From contig JBAYJB010000003.1 of assembly GCA_041665325.1 (NCBI GenBank), forward strand, positions 1,502 to 65,501: 64,000 nucleotides of DNA, given 5' to 3'. Made by a program: the position numbers and the translations under genes. Below, piece after piece: positions 43,450-53,064 of the stretch. Origin of the DNA: Minisyncoccota bacterium. Lineage in GTDB: Bacteria; Patescibacteriota; Minisyncoccia; Phycocordibacterales; PALSA-1337. The notes beneath the pieces were generated by a model that worked only from the letters and a program-made list of their open reading frames with translations, ran no database searches and was not told the DNA's origin. The stretch's first letter is position 1; every line of letters starts with the position of its first letter.

Positions 43450-44207
43450 CCGAGTGTTAGTTTGATGCGGTACCAGAGCATCTTGATGAATAAGATCCGG
43501 GAAAGATATGACGCCAGTCCTTCCCTCTTCCTTCCCTCGGCCACGCTGAATCCTTCGCGTTCCAAGTGTCTGACGGCCTCGTATAACCATGTATCCTTGC
43601 TAATCCCGTGGACATAAGGAAGTGCCGGCAATCCCTTCTTGACTGATAGAAACAGTTCCTTCAGCTTGCAACTCTCCTCACTACCCTCGCTCTCGCACTC
43701 GGCCGGAGTCCATTCGGGTTTCAAGAAGAATTCCAGGACTGCCTTCTTCCATATGGCCGCCTGGAATGAAACCGAGTACTTGTCGCTCTTAGCGATGATC
43801 CCCAGACTTGCGTCCTCCGGATATGCGATCTTGGGAGGAGGCACCGGACAAAGTCTGATACAGCCGATGCCGTCCCGGCGCAGGAGATCATCCAAGCGCT
43901 TGATCCTGGCCGTATCGATCGGCTCCGACAGGAAATAATCCGTATGAAGGACGATGAGGCGTTCGGCCCCGATGCGGGAGATTCCCTCCCTCATCCTGCT
44001 CGTCCACTGTTCGAGCCAAGGGCGGCCGGTATCGGCCGGCACCAGAAGCGGCAGGACACGCGGATCGGGAAAGGTTTTTCCCTCGGAAAAAAGGTATATC
44101 GGATATGGGCAATCCGGCCAATATCTGAAAAGCAGACCGAAGAAGGCGGGCCATGTGTCTGAATAAGAATCCCTGGCGGCGATGAGGATAGCCGTATCGG
44201 ATTTCAT
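43434..44207 (-). CDS. Hypothetical protein in the glycan island (possibly GT-A-like).
   Basis: 257-aa ORF in an operon with glycosyltransferases. No recognisable motif. Confidence 0.35.
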   Translation of the reverse strand: MKSDTAILIAARDSYSDTWPAFFGLLFRYWPDCPYPIYLFSEGKTFPDPRVLPLLVPADTGRPWLEQWTSRMREGISRIGAERLIVLHTDYFLSEPIDTARIKRLDDLLRRDGIGCIRLCPVPPPKIAYPEDASLGIIAKSDKYSVSFQAAIWKKAVLEFFLKPEWTPAECESEGSEESCKLKELFLSVKKGLPALPYVHGISKDTWLYEAVRHLEREGFSVAEGRKREGLASYLSRILFIKMLWYRIKLTLGWASR

Positions 44208-44260
44208 GCCGCCACTATACCATTTAATATGGGCTTGTTGTATGATGCACGATACCTAAT

Positions 44261-45262
44261 ATGACATCGATAGCCATAATCCTGCCTGACAAAAGCAAAG
44301 ATTATATCGCCAATTCGGTCCTCGACGGGTTCCGCGCCCTGGAACATACCGGAGATTATTTCGTCCGTATCTCGCCGCGGTTCATCCCGATCGCCGACTA
44401 TGCCGACTGGGAGCTCGAGGAGGGCGCCTTCATAGAATTCGCCAAGAAAGCCGATCTCATCCTCTACATCCACGCCAAATACACCTCACGCGAGCTTGTA
44501 GACAAGATCGGCCTGTGGGACAAGACCATAACCATCGACGGTCACGAGGTCGGCAAAGACAACCGGTACGATTTCACCATCCAGAAGGGACTCCTAGACG
44601 GGACATTCAAGAGCGGCGGTTCTATCCAGCAAGATCTCCTCGCCAAGTGCCGCCGATACTTCAGACGAGAGAGGCCTTACATCGACGGGATCATCCCCTT
44701 CCCATTCGCCATCGAGAAGCGCTTCATGAAATATGTCCCCGGCCAGAAGAAAGACATAGACTTCACCTGCATCTTCGGCCAAGACGAGCACCCGCTGATG
44801 CGCCGGTACGCTACGGAGATGCTGGAGAGTTATTGTGCGAAGAACGGATTCACCTGCATGACGGCCAAGACGAACCACATCCTGCTGAACCGCGACTTCC
44901 GGAACACCAAGTCGCAAGCCAAATTCCATGACATCCTAGCGAGGACCAAGGTCGGCGTATCAGTCGGTGGGTCCGGCTTCGACACCTTGCGCTTCTGGGA
45001 GATCCTGGCCAACAACTGCGTCCTCCTGACGGAATCCATCGACATCTATGATCTCGGCAGTGACGCGCTGAAGTTCAAGCGGATCTTCGAGTTCAAGAAT
45101 CTTTTCGAATTCAAATACCAACTGGAGGAGCTGGGCAAACTCATCAAGTCCGGCAGGATCGATGACTATCTCGGACAAGGAGAGTATACGGCCATCCTAG
45201 ACAAACATTTGTCTGGACCGCGAGTGCGCGAACTAGTCAGGATTTCGCTCCAGCCAAAATAA
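44261..45262 (+). CDS. Hypothetical protein (possible glycosyltransferase-like, GT-B-type).
   Basis: 333-aa ORF within the glycan island. No diagnostic motif. Confidence 0.35.
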   Translation: MTSIAIILPDKSKDYIANSVLDGFRALEHTGDYFVRISPRFIPIADYADWELEEGAFIEFAKKADLILYIHAKYTSRELVDKIGLWDKTITIDGHEVGKDNRYDFTIQKGLLDGTFKSGGSIQQDLLAKCRRYFRRERPYIDGIIPFPFAIEKRFMKYVPGQKKDIDFTCIFGQDEHPLMRRYATEMLESYCAKNGFTCMTAKTNHILLNRDFRNTKSQAKFHDILARTKVGVSVGGSGFDTLRFWEILANNCVLLTESIDIYDLGSDALKFKRIFEFKNLFEFKYQLEELGKLIKSGRIDDYLGQGEYTAILDKHLSGPRVRELVRISLQPK

Positions 45263-45267
45263 CAGAG

Positions 45268-46533
45268 TTATAGGAACCTCATCTTCCTGGCCGCAAAGAC
45301 GGTCATTTTGAGCAGGAGCCAGCCGTGCTTCCAGCGGCTGATATTGGTCTCGCCATATACGCGCTCCTTGTAGTGGATCGGCAGATCGACGATCTTGAGA
45401 TTGAGCTTGGCCGCCCCGAAGAGCAAGTCAAAGTCGCCGAAGGGATCGAAATCACCAAAGAAGCTCCGGCCCCGTTGGATCTTGTCATAATCAGCCCTCC
45501 ATAGGACCTTGGTGCCGCAGAGCGTATCTTTGAGCGGCTGGCCGAGGATCCAACTGAAAGCCAGACTGAAGAATTTGTTGCCGAAGAAGTTGAGGACGCG
45601 CATGGAATCCTTCTCCAGGGGGTATACGAGCCGCGAGCCATTGACGAAGTCGGCCTTGTTCCCCACAAGCGCATCATAGAACTTGCCCAGTTCATCGGCT
45701 GGCACAGTCATGTCGGCATCATAGATCGCCAGGATGTCGCCTGTCGCCATATCGAAGCCCTTCCTGACGGCATCGCCCTTGCCGCGGCCTTCCTGTTTGC
45801 AGTACTTGATATTATGCGTCTTACCGAGGAGGCCCGACACCCTCACAATCTCATCATAAGTGTTATCGGTCGAATTCCCTTCGACGAAGATGATCTCGGT
45901 CGATGAGCCGAGCCGCGGCAGGTCACGGGCGATCTTCTCGATCGTACCGGCTTCATTGCGGGCCGGAACGACGATGGAGATCGATGGACCGCCTTTCTGG
46001 GCCTGTGCCGGGAGGCGCGGCACCGGCTTGCGTACGATGAGATAATGGATGAGTCCTAGATGCGTGAACGGCCAGATGTTGGCGATGAAGTGGTTGAAGA
46101 TAAAGGAGACGATCGGTATATAGACAGGCACGAGCATCTTCGCCCCGGATCTGACTGTCTCCAGCCCGGCCAGATGGGCGAAATTCTTGAGATCATTCCT
46201 GGTCAGCCAGTTCTGCTCGATGATCTCGCGACGCAGGCGGAGGTGCGAAGCCAGACGCAAGACCGGCTCCCACAAGACATTGTATTGGGTGATGACGATA
46301 CGGCCGTCATCGTGGAGCGACTCTTTGGCTTGCAGCAAGAATGACTGGACATCAGCGACATAACCGAGGATATCAGTCGCGACAATATAGTCATATCGTC
46401 CGGCAGGAATGGACACCCCCCTATTCTTGACGGCTTCCTGCTGATCGATGATGAGAATCCTGGCATCCTTAGGTACAGTAAAAGCGATGAATCTGACAAG
46501 GTAGTCGTAATAATAATTCTTGAGATGGGACAT
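45268..46533 (-). CDS. Fusion of an N-terminal class I SAM-methyltransferase-like domain with a C-terminal GT2 glycosyltransferase.
   Basis: N-domain ILIIDQQEA...YDYIVATDILGYVADVQSFLLQAKESLHDDGRIVIT. C-domain ISIVVPARNEAGTI...VEGNSTDNT...AIYDADMT. Start placed at MSHLKNYYY, which removes the low-complexity overlap with the downstream gene. Confidence 0.65.
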   Translation of the reverse strand: MSHLKNYYYDYLVRFIAFTVPKDARILIIDQQEAVKNRGVSIPAGRYDYIVATDILGYVADVQSFLLQAKESLHDDGRIVITQYNVLWEPVLRLASHLRLRREIIEQNWLTRNDLKNFAHLAGLETVRSGAKMLVPVYIPIVSFIFNHFIANIWPFTHLGLIHYLIVRKPVPRLPAQAQKGGPSISIVVPARNEAGTIEKIARDLPRLGSSTEIIFVEGNSTDNTYDEIVRVSGLLGKTHNIKYCKQEGRGKGDAVRKGFDMATGDILAIYDADMTVPADELGKFYDALVGNKADFVNGSRLVYPLEKDSMRVLNFFGNKFFSLAFSWILGQPLKDTLCGTKVLWRADYDKIQRGRSFFGDFDPFGDFDLLFGAAKLNLKIVDLPIHYKERVYGETNISRWKHGWLLLKMTVFAARKMRFL

Positions 46534-46540
46534 GATGGAA

Positions 46541-48307
46541 TTATAGGCTATATATGGTCTTTTGGTCATGCGGACAATCATACACCCTAGCTGTGACATT
46601 CTTGGAATCCGATCCGAAGAGAGTCCGACATTGCGCGAAGAACTTGTGATAGAAGCCGCCGGGGTCGAGCTTGGGTATGTCGACGACCAGATATTGGCCG
46701 TCGAAGGCGGCGAATTTGGCACGATATCCCCCTTCAGATTCCGGTGTCGCGTATATTCTACCGGCATACTTGCCCATGATAGACAGCGGCCCGGCGCCGA
46801 TATCATTGTAAGTGATGACCTGCTTGATATCTTCGGAATTTTTGATAAAGATGACAGCTTCCTGGAGAACTTGTGGCGCATTGCCATTGATCCCGCCATA
46901 CAGAAACTCCTCGGCGAAGACGCCGTTGTACGCGAGGCCGATGATGACGAGGATGATCAGGGCACAGTCCCGCCACGACTTCTTGAAGAGCCCTATGAGC
47001 GCGATCCCCGCCGCAACGAGATACGAAAAGGCGATGAACAGGAATGATATATAGAAGCCCATCGGCCCGGAACCGCCATTGAGCGGTGTGAGGATGTTCC
47101 AGTAGCCATGAATGACCCGTGAGAACCACAGGGTCTTGGGGTACAGGGCGACGACTGATTGTGGCAGGAAGTTGAGGGCGATGAGGATGACGGCGATGAT
47201 GAGGCCGATGATTATAGCCGCGCCCTCTCGGCGACAACAGTACATCCGCTCGCTCGTCCTCCTTGCGTCCTCCTCCTCGCGGAGTACTGTTCTCGCCTGC
47301 GGGCACGACCAGGAATCAAAGACCTTGCTCAAGATCATGCCGGTGATCGCCGCGAGCGGCACGATGGCGAACATCAGATATTTGTCGAGTGCCGCGCGGG
47401 AAAAGTCGAAGACCACAAAGTAGAATAGGAAGCCGATAGCCAGATAGAGCCAGAATGGCAAAGTCTTCTTGAATATCTCTCTCGAAGAAAATAAGAGCGG
47501 CACTAGCATGAGCGGCGAGATATAGTAGATCGCCTTGGCACCCTGCACGATGATCTGCAGCCAATTCCGGCCAGCATCACCTGAATATTGGTTGGCATGA
47601 TCCAACATCAGACTGATGCTGAAGGCCGGGTACACGGCTTGGATCAGGTAGAGCAGGCCTATATAGACGGCGACAAATACGGCCGCGCCGAGGATACCCG
47701 CTCCGGCCCATCGGAAAGAAAGTTGTTTCCTGATTGACCACAGGTAGTCTGCGGCTATCGCCCCGATGCCCAGGATGAAATTCAATTTGATGAGCAAGCC
47801 GAGCAGAAGTACGACGATGAGCGCGGCGAGCCAATACCCTCTTTGGGCAGGCTCGGCGCGGTGCCATCTGTCATACGCAAACACGGCCAACAGGAAGAAG
47901 AACGGCAATATGGCTCCGTCAACATCCGGCGAAAGAGAGCCAAGGATATTGTAGAAGCAAACGGCGAGAAGTCCGACCGATATGGCTGCCGTCCTGCGGT
48001 CAGAACGATCCTTGATCACGAAATACAGGAGGATCGCCGAGCCGATAGAGAACAGCAGCGGAAAAAGCCGGAAATGATCGACGCCGAATACGGCGTGGGC
48101 CGCCACGAACATCATCTGCATGAGCGGCGGGTGGGCATAGAATGTCCCGGCTCCGGCCACGGTCTCGGAGGTCGCCACATTCTTCCATTCATCCTGGTGA
48201 TAAGGGAGATCTACGCCCGGCAGGCGCAGAACCAGGAATAATACGGCGATTCCGGCAATCACTAGTGTAGCTTTGGTACGCGGAGTCATAGTCGATGATG
48301 TGGACAT
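46541..48307 (-). CDS. GT-C-fold membrane glycosyltransferase (ArnT/PMT-like). Contains palindromic element copy 2.
   Basis: 588 aa and polytopic, with DLPYHQDEWKNV DE motif in the first loop. The element encodes ...ARTVLREEEDARRTSERMYCCRRE... in a cytoplasmic loop. Confidence 0.65.
   Translation of the reverse strand: MSTSSTMTPRTKATLVIAGIAVLFLVLRLPGVDLPYHQDEWKNVATSETVAGAGTFYAHPPLMQMMFVAAHAVFGVDHFRLFPLLFSIGSAILLYFVIKDRSDRRTAAISVGLLAVCFYNILGSLSPDVDGAILPFFFLLAVFAYDRWHRAEPAQRGYWLAALIVVLLLGLLIKLNFILGIGAIAADYLWSIRKQLSFRWAGAGILGAAVFVAVYIGLLYLIQAVYPAFSISLMLDHANQYSGDAGRNWLQIIVQGAKAIYYISPLMLVPLLFSSREIFKKTLPFWLYLAIGFLFYFVVFDFSRAALDKYLMFAIVPLAAITGMILSKVFDSWSCPQARTVLREEEDARRTSERMYCCRREGAAIIIGLIIAVILIALNFLPQSVVALYPKTLWFSRVIHGYWNILTPLNGGSGPMGFYISFLFIAFSYLVAAGIALIGLFKKSWRDCALIILVIIGLAYNGVFAEEFLYGGINGNAPQVLQEAVIFIKNSEDIKQVITYNDIGAGPLSIMGKYAGRIYATPESEGGYRAKFAAFDGQYLVVDIPKLDPGGFYHKFFAQCRTLFGSDSKNVTARVYDCPHDQKTIYSL
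47226..47305. repeat. ~80-bp imperfect palindromic element, copy 2, embedded in-frame in the GT-C gene.
   Basis: ctctcggcgACAACAGTACATCCGCTCGCTCGTCctccttgcgtccTCCTCCTCGCGGAGTACTGTTCTCgcctgcgggc. Same plus-strand orientation as copy 1, but translated in a different frame. Confidence 0.75.
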
Positions 48308-48317
48308 ACTAGCTCGA

Positions 48318-49352
48318 TCAACCCTGAATGGCCCGGGTCAATTCGTCGGCCAATCTAGTCAAGCTGTGAGTCTGGACCAAACCAGCGATATTGGCCGCCT
48401 TCTTGGTGCGTTCGACGTCAGTGAGAGCCAAGAGCTTCGTGATCTTCTCGGCCAGATCGGCTGGGTCGTTGTATCGGAACATCAGGGCATCATCGAGGAT
48501 GACGCGCAGATCGTCGTTCGAAGCGAAGACAAAACAGCCGCAGGCCATGGCCTCGAAGATGGTCTTGTCATACATGCCGTTCGGCGACAGATTGACGAAG
48601 ATATGGTGAGCCGAATACACCTTGACCGTCTCTCTGTTCGGGACTCCTTTGTAGAATTTCACCTGGCCGGCAAGCTTGGCCTCGACGACCTGTTTCTTCA
48701 GGGATTCGGCGTACATCTCTCCGTCAGCCGGCGGATTGCCGTAGATATCCGCGGTGAACTTCACGCCCTTGGCCTTCAAGAGGGCTAGAGCGCCCACCAG
48801 GCAATCCAAGTTCTTGGAGGGGGCGATGCGGCCGAGCGAGAGGATCGAGCTCGGCACCGGCGCTACCGCTGGGTCGGGCCTGAAGGTCGCGGTATCCACA
48901 CCGACCGGCATAAACATTGTATTGCGATATTTGGCGGTATAAGAGTATCGGGAAGTACAGAACACCTTGGTGCAGAAGATGGCGGCGAGATCGGTGGAGA
49001 TCCCTCCGGCAAAATGGTTGCGCCACATGTAGATGCGTTTGCCGAGAAGCTTCCACAACCAGCCTGCGGCGAGGACGTATTCCTGATTCATGTGCACGAG
49101 CACCGCATCATAGCGGTTGAAATAGCGGATCGAGAAATAAAAGAGCAGGAAGATGTATTTGAGCTTATTCTTCCATTTCTCTTTACCCAACGACAGGACG
49201 GACACATTGCCAGGCAAGTCGTAATCCCCCTTTTGCAGGCAGACGATCACCACCGACTTCAGGTGCTTGGAGAACTCCTCCACCCAGCGGTGGACGAAAC
49301 CGAGGACTGGATCGGCACGATCTATCTTCTGGGTGATGATGAGCAGTCTCAT
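48318..49352 (-). CDS. GT4-family glycosyltransferase.
   Basis: GT-B architecture with C-terminal TIFEAMACGCFVFASN (EX7E-like). 344 aa. Confidence 0.7.
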   Translation of the reverse strand: MRLLIITQKIDRADPVLGFVHRWVEEFSKHLKSVVIVCLQKGDYDLPGNVSVLSLGKEKWKNKLKYIFLLFYFSIRYFNRYDAVLVHMNQEYVLAAGWLWKLLGKRIYMWRNHFAGGISTDLAAIFCTKVFCTSRYSYTAKYRNTMFMPVGVDTATFRPDPAVAPVPSSILSLGRIAPSKNLDCLVGALALLKAKGVKFTADIYGNPPADGEMYAESLKKQVVEAKLAGQVKFYKGVPNRETVKVYSAHHIFVNLSPNGMYDKTIFEAMACGCFVFASNDDLRVILDDALMFRYNDPADLAEKITKLLALTDVERTKKAANIAGLVQTHSLTRLADELTRAIQG

Positions 49353-50860
49353 GGTCTTTTGGGCGACGAAGGGGCGAAGATGAACATCCTGTATATGATA
49401 AAGCTTTCAATGGCGATGGCAATGCTGGTCAGCACTTGACTAAGCAGGTAATGCAACCCCCCGTAATGCACGAGTATATAGATGAGGCCGGTGTTGATGG
49501 CCAGGTTGCCTCCGGTCACGAGGAGGTACAAGAGGGCCTGGCCGTGCACGCCGTCCATGCCATGGTCCTGGAAAGTGAAGAATTTCTGCAGGATGAAGCT
49601 CACCACAAAAGCCACCAGGAAAGCGAGGACTGACGACAGGACATACCAGATCCCGAAGACATCCGTAAGGATATACAGAAGGATCAGATCAGTGGCGGCG
49701 GCCGTGCCGCCAGAGAAGAGGTAGCGGATGAGCTTGGCGGCGGTCGCTTTCTTCTTGCGGAGAGGTGAAGGTGAGTTCACTAGTCCGGTAGCGGCTTTCT
49801 CGACTGCACTCACAGTCGCGCCGATGGAGAATGAACCGGCTTTGGCTATCGCGGCTCCGACTAGTCCCTTGCGGAAGCTTTGGTCGGTGGATATCCGCTT
49901 CACGGCGGCGATGAATCCCGTCTCATCGTCTGGAGCGATGAGGATGCCTTCCCGGCCATCGGTGATGATCTCCGGCAGGTCTCCGACCCGAGTAGTGATG
50001 ACAGGCGTGCCGACGGCCATGGCTTCAACTATCTGGAATGAGAAGCTCTCAAAGCTAGTGTTGAGGGCGAAGATCTCCGCCTGAGAGATCTTCCCGATGA
50101 GCTCTCCCCTGTCGATGCGGCCGAGCAGGGCCACGCGGCTCTCGAGACCGAGCTTGGCGATCAGATCGTTGAGTTGGGACATCTCTGGCCCATCGCCGAC
50201 GATCTCTAGCTTCCAGCCGTCGAGCTTCTTCATGGCGACTATCAGCATAGCAAAGCCCTTCCACGGCACCAGACGGCCAGCTGAAATGATCGTCCTTGGC
50301 ATGAATGACACAGCGGACTTCAACTTCACGATCTCCGAGAGATCGACGCCATTATATATAGGGATAACCTTGTCCTGGCTCTTTACCCAGCCATTGGCCA
50401 GAACGGCAAAATACTTGCTAGGTGCGATCGCGATATCGGAGTGGCCAACGACGAAACGCTGGATGTAGCGCAGACATTCGGTCCTGAAGCCATACTTCTT
50501 CTTCTGGAAATCATCTATGGTATCCATGACGCCGAAGCGCTGGACGGATTGCTCCCAGGCATGATCACCGGGGATACGGACCATGAGAGCTTTGCCGAGG
50601 ACGAAGGCCGACACCAGAGAAGGCAGGCCGACTGATACCGTATCTTGGGCAAAGATGACATCCGCCGCGCGAGCATGCCATAGGAGCTTCAGGGAAAATA
50701 CTATATGTCTCACAACCTTGGGCAGACGCCGCACCGTGCTGAAGCTAAGCACATCCGTCACGATCCCCCGCTTGGGCAATTCGTCAGAGAGGAGCTTGGA
50801 ATACGTAGCCGGGCCGCCGATATCCGGCGGGTACATGCCCGTGGCGATCAATATTTTCAT
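49349..50860 (-). CDS. GT4 glycosyltransferase fused to a C-terminal GtrA-like four-TM domain.
   Basis: N-terminus MKILIATGMYPPDIGGPATY; mid-region QIVEAMAVGTPVITT. The C-terminal ~120 aa read LIRYLFSGGTAAATDLILLYIL...LAINTGLIYILVHYGG, which is GtrA-like. Confidence 0.7.
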   Translation of the reverse strand: MKILIATGMYPPDIGGPATYSKLLSDELPKRGIVTDVLSFSTVRRLPKVVRHIVFSLKLLWHARAADVIFAQDTVSVGLPSLVSAFVLGKALMVRIPGDHAWEQSVQRFGVMDTIDDFQKKKYGFRTECLRYIQRFVVGHSDIAIAPSKYFAVLANGWVKSQDKVIPIYNGVDLSEIVKLKSAVSFMPRTIISAGRLVPWKGFAMLIVAMKKLDGWKLEIVGDGPEMSQLNDLIAKLGLESRVALLGRIDRGELIGKISQAEIFALNTSFESFSFQIVEAMAVGTPVITTRVGDLPEIITDGREGILIAPDDETGFIAAVKRISTDQSFRKGLVGAAIAKAGSFSIGATVSAVEKAATGLVNSPSPLRKKKATAAKLIRYLFSGGTAAATDLILLYILTDVFGIWYVLSSVLAFLVAFVVSFILQKFFTFQDHGMDGVHGQALLYLLVTGGNLAINTGLIYILVHYGGLHYLLSQVLTSIAIAIESFIIYRMFIFAPSSPKRP

Positions 50861-50868
50861 GGATTCTA

Positions 50869-51888
50869 CTATACCCGAAGAGCGTCGGTAATACCACGAG
50901 CGACGGCGACTGGAGACTGCTCAACTATCATAGCTCCCTGTTCCCCGGCCACCCCTACATCAGTGGAGACGATCCGGCACCCTGCCGCATGGGCCTCAAC
51001 TAGAGTCATGCCATAACCCTCGAAAAGCGAGGTGTTCAGGAATAGATCGGAGGTCTTATAATAAGAAGCGAGCGTTCCCTGGTCTGCCCATGATTCGAAT
51101 ACGATCGAATGATCCAGTCCGAGGTGCGCAACCAGGGCCTTGAGTTTTCCGGCCTGGGAGCCGGATCCCACGATGATCAGTCCGGCCTTGGGGATATCCT
51201 TGATGACTTCAGGCCATGAACGGATGGCCAGCTCGACACCCTTCTCCGGCTCAAGCCGCGAAGCCATGAGGACAACCTTACCGAACTGTGGATACTTCTT
51301 GCGCAGGTCTGCCGTGATGGGAGCATTCTTGAGCGCTTCGACATCGACGGCTATCGGCCTGACGAATATCTTGGCCGGACTGATGCCGAGCGTCTCGATC
51401 ACATACTGGCTGATGCGGTCGGAAACTACTCTGATGCTATCGGCTTTGGGCAGGTGCGACAGGGCCATAGCTTTGCGGAGCTTATTGCCGAGCGAATACG
51501 GATAGTTCGGACTGCCGATATCCGTGTGCACCTGGAGCTCGAGCGGCAGACCAGAACCCTTGCGGAGCGAAACCCCGGCCATAGCCGTGAGGAACGGGTC
51601 CTGACAAGTGATCTTGGTGATATCGCGACGGGCGATGATAAATCGGCCGAGGCGCATGGCGTCCATGGGATACAGGATCTTCGCCGCCGAGCGCGTCGGA
51701 TAGACCCAGACGTTCGAGCCTATCGAAGTTTCCCGGAAGCTCCGGTCTGTCGCGACGATGACATGGATCTCGTCCCATTGCTTGCCGTATTCCAGGAAAC
51801 GCTTGCTGACAGCGCTGTCCGGCTCAAATAACAACCGATCCGTACCGATCGATAGTAGTCTCTTTGGTTTTTGTCCGTCTGTCTGCAT
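50869..51888 (-). CDS. GT4-family glycosyltransferase.
   Basis: C-terminal FEGYGMTLVEAHAAGCRIVSTDVG. 339 aa. Confidence 0.7.
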   Translation of the reverse strand: MQTDGQKPKRLLSIGTDRLLFEPDSAVSKRFLEYGKQWDEIHVIVATDRSFRETSIGSNVWVYPTRSAAKILYPMDAMRLGRFIIARRDITKITCQDPFLTAMAGVSLRKGSGLPLELQVHTDIGSPNYPYSLGNKLRKAMALSHLPKADSIRVVSDRISQYVIETLGISPAKIFVRPIAVDVEALKNAPITADLRKKYPQFGKVVLMASRLEPEKGVELAIRSWPEVIKDIPKAGLIIVGSGSQAGKLKALVAHLGLDHSIVFESWADQGTLASYYKTSDLFLNTSLFEGYGMTLVEAHAAGCRIVSTDVGVAGEQGAMIVEQSPVAVARGITDALRV

Positions 51889-51900
51889 GGATATGGATAT

Positions 51901-53064
51901 TCAAGAGATATCGGCCAGGATGTCCTTCATGTTAGCGGCGATGTTCGCCCAACCATACTTCTCCTCGACCAGCTCTCTGGCGCGCCCGACGACATAATCT
52001 CGCGACTCCCGATCCTTGGCTAGTTTCTCAGCTTTCTGGGCGATGGACTTAGGGTTGCCGACTTCGCAGAAGAAGCCCGTCTCGCCGTCCGTCAGGAAGT
52101 CTGGGATACCACCGACCGGCGTGGCGATGACCGGGATACCGGCCGCCATAGCCTCCAGGAATGAATTGCCGAGGCCCTCGGAGCGCGACGGTCTGACAAA
52201 GATGTCAGAAATCTGCAGATATTGCGGCAGATTTTCGTGCGATACGAAGCCCTTGAATACAACTCGGCCATCAAGCTTCAAGTCACGAATCTGGGTCCGC
52301 AAAGCTGATTCGTCATGGCCCGTTCCGATATTCAGGAACTTATATGGAGTGTCCAGATGTCTTAGAGATGAGATGATGTCGTCGACGGCGTTCTTGTATA
52401 CCATGCGGCCGGCCGTCACAAGCACGATGTCTTGGTCGGTGAAGCCGAGCTCCCTGCGCAAGGCCGATTTGCGCTCCGGCGCGAGCGGCGCAGAGAAGTG
52501 CTCGTAGTCAACACCGTTCGGGATGACCACAACCGGGCATACTGCTCCCATGTGGCGCGACCAATCAGCCAGATAATTCGAGATCGTCTGGATATGGTTC
52601 GCTGCCGCAAAAATCTTCCGAAACCAGGGCGAGAGGACTCCTTCACGGCGTTTGAAATGGTCGCCCTCCTGGATGGTCAGGAATATCGGAACCTTCGGTT
52701 GCTTCTTCTTGAAAAGATAGGCGGCATATCCGGCATAGCTCGCCATGATGGCCCAGACCGCATCGTATCTTTCCACACGGTGGAGTCGTCGAGCTTTGGC
52801 AGAGGCGACAAATGGAAAAAATAGCTTTTGGAATATGCCGACATCATCGAAGACACGGAAGATCCTCACATTGCCGATCTGTTCTTCCCTCTTACCGCGG
52901 CCGTCGCCCAGAGTGATCATATCGAACTGCATCTCGTTTTTTGAGATACGATCAGTGATCTCCTTCACGGCGACTTCCGCCCCGCCGATGAGGAGGGGGT
53001 AGTAAGATAATGAGAATATCAGGACTCGGCGTGGCTTCATGCTTTCATACTTCCATACCTTCAC
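51901..53064 (-). CDS. GT4-family glycosyltransferase.
   Basis: VLIFSLSYYPLLIGGAEVAV... and SEGLGNSFLEAMAAGIPVIATPVGG. 4-nt overlap with the upstream gene. Confidence 0.75.
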   Translation of the reverse strand: MKVWKYESMKPRRVLIFSLSYYPLLIGGAEVAVKEITDRISKNEMQFDMITLGDGRGKREEQIGNVRIFRVFDDVGIFQKLFFPFVASAKARRLHRVERYDAVWAIMASYAGYAAYLFKKKQPKVPIFLTIQEGDHFKRREGVLSPWFRKIFAAANHIQTISNYLADWSRHMGAVCPVVVIPNGVDYEHFSAPLAPERKSALRRELGFTDQDIVLVTAGRMVYKNAVDDIISSLRHLDTPYKFLNIGTGHDESALRTQIRDLKLDGRVVFKGFVSHENLPQYLQISDIFVRPSRSEGLGNSFLEAMAAGIPVIATPVGGIPDFLTDGETGFFCEVGNPKSIAQKAEKLAKDRESRDYVVGRARELVEEKYGWANIAANMKDILADIS

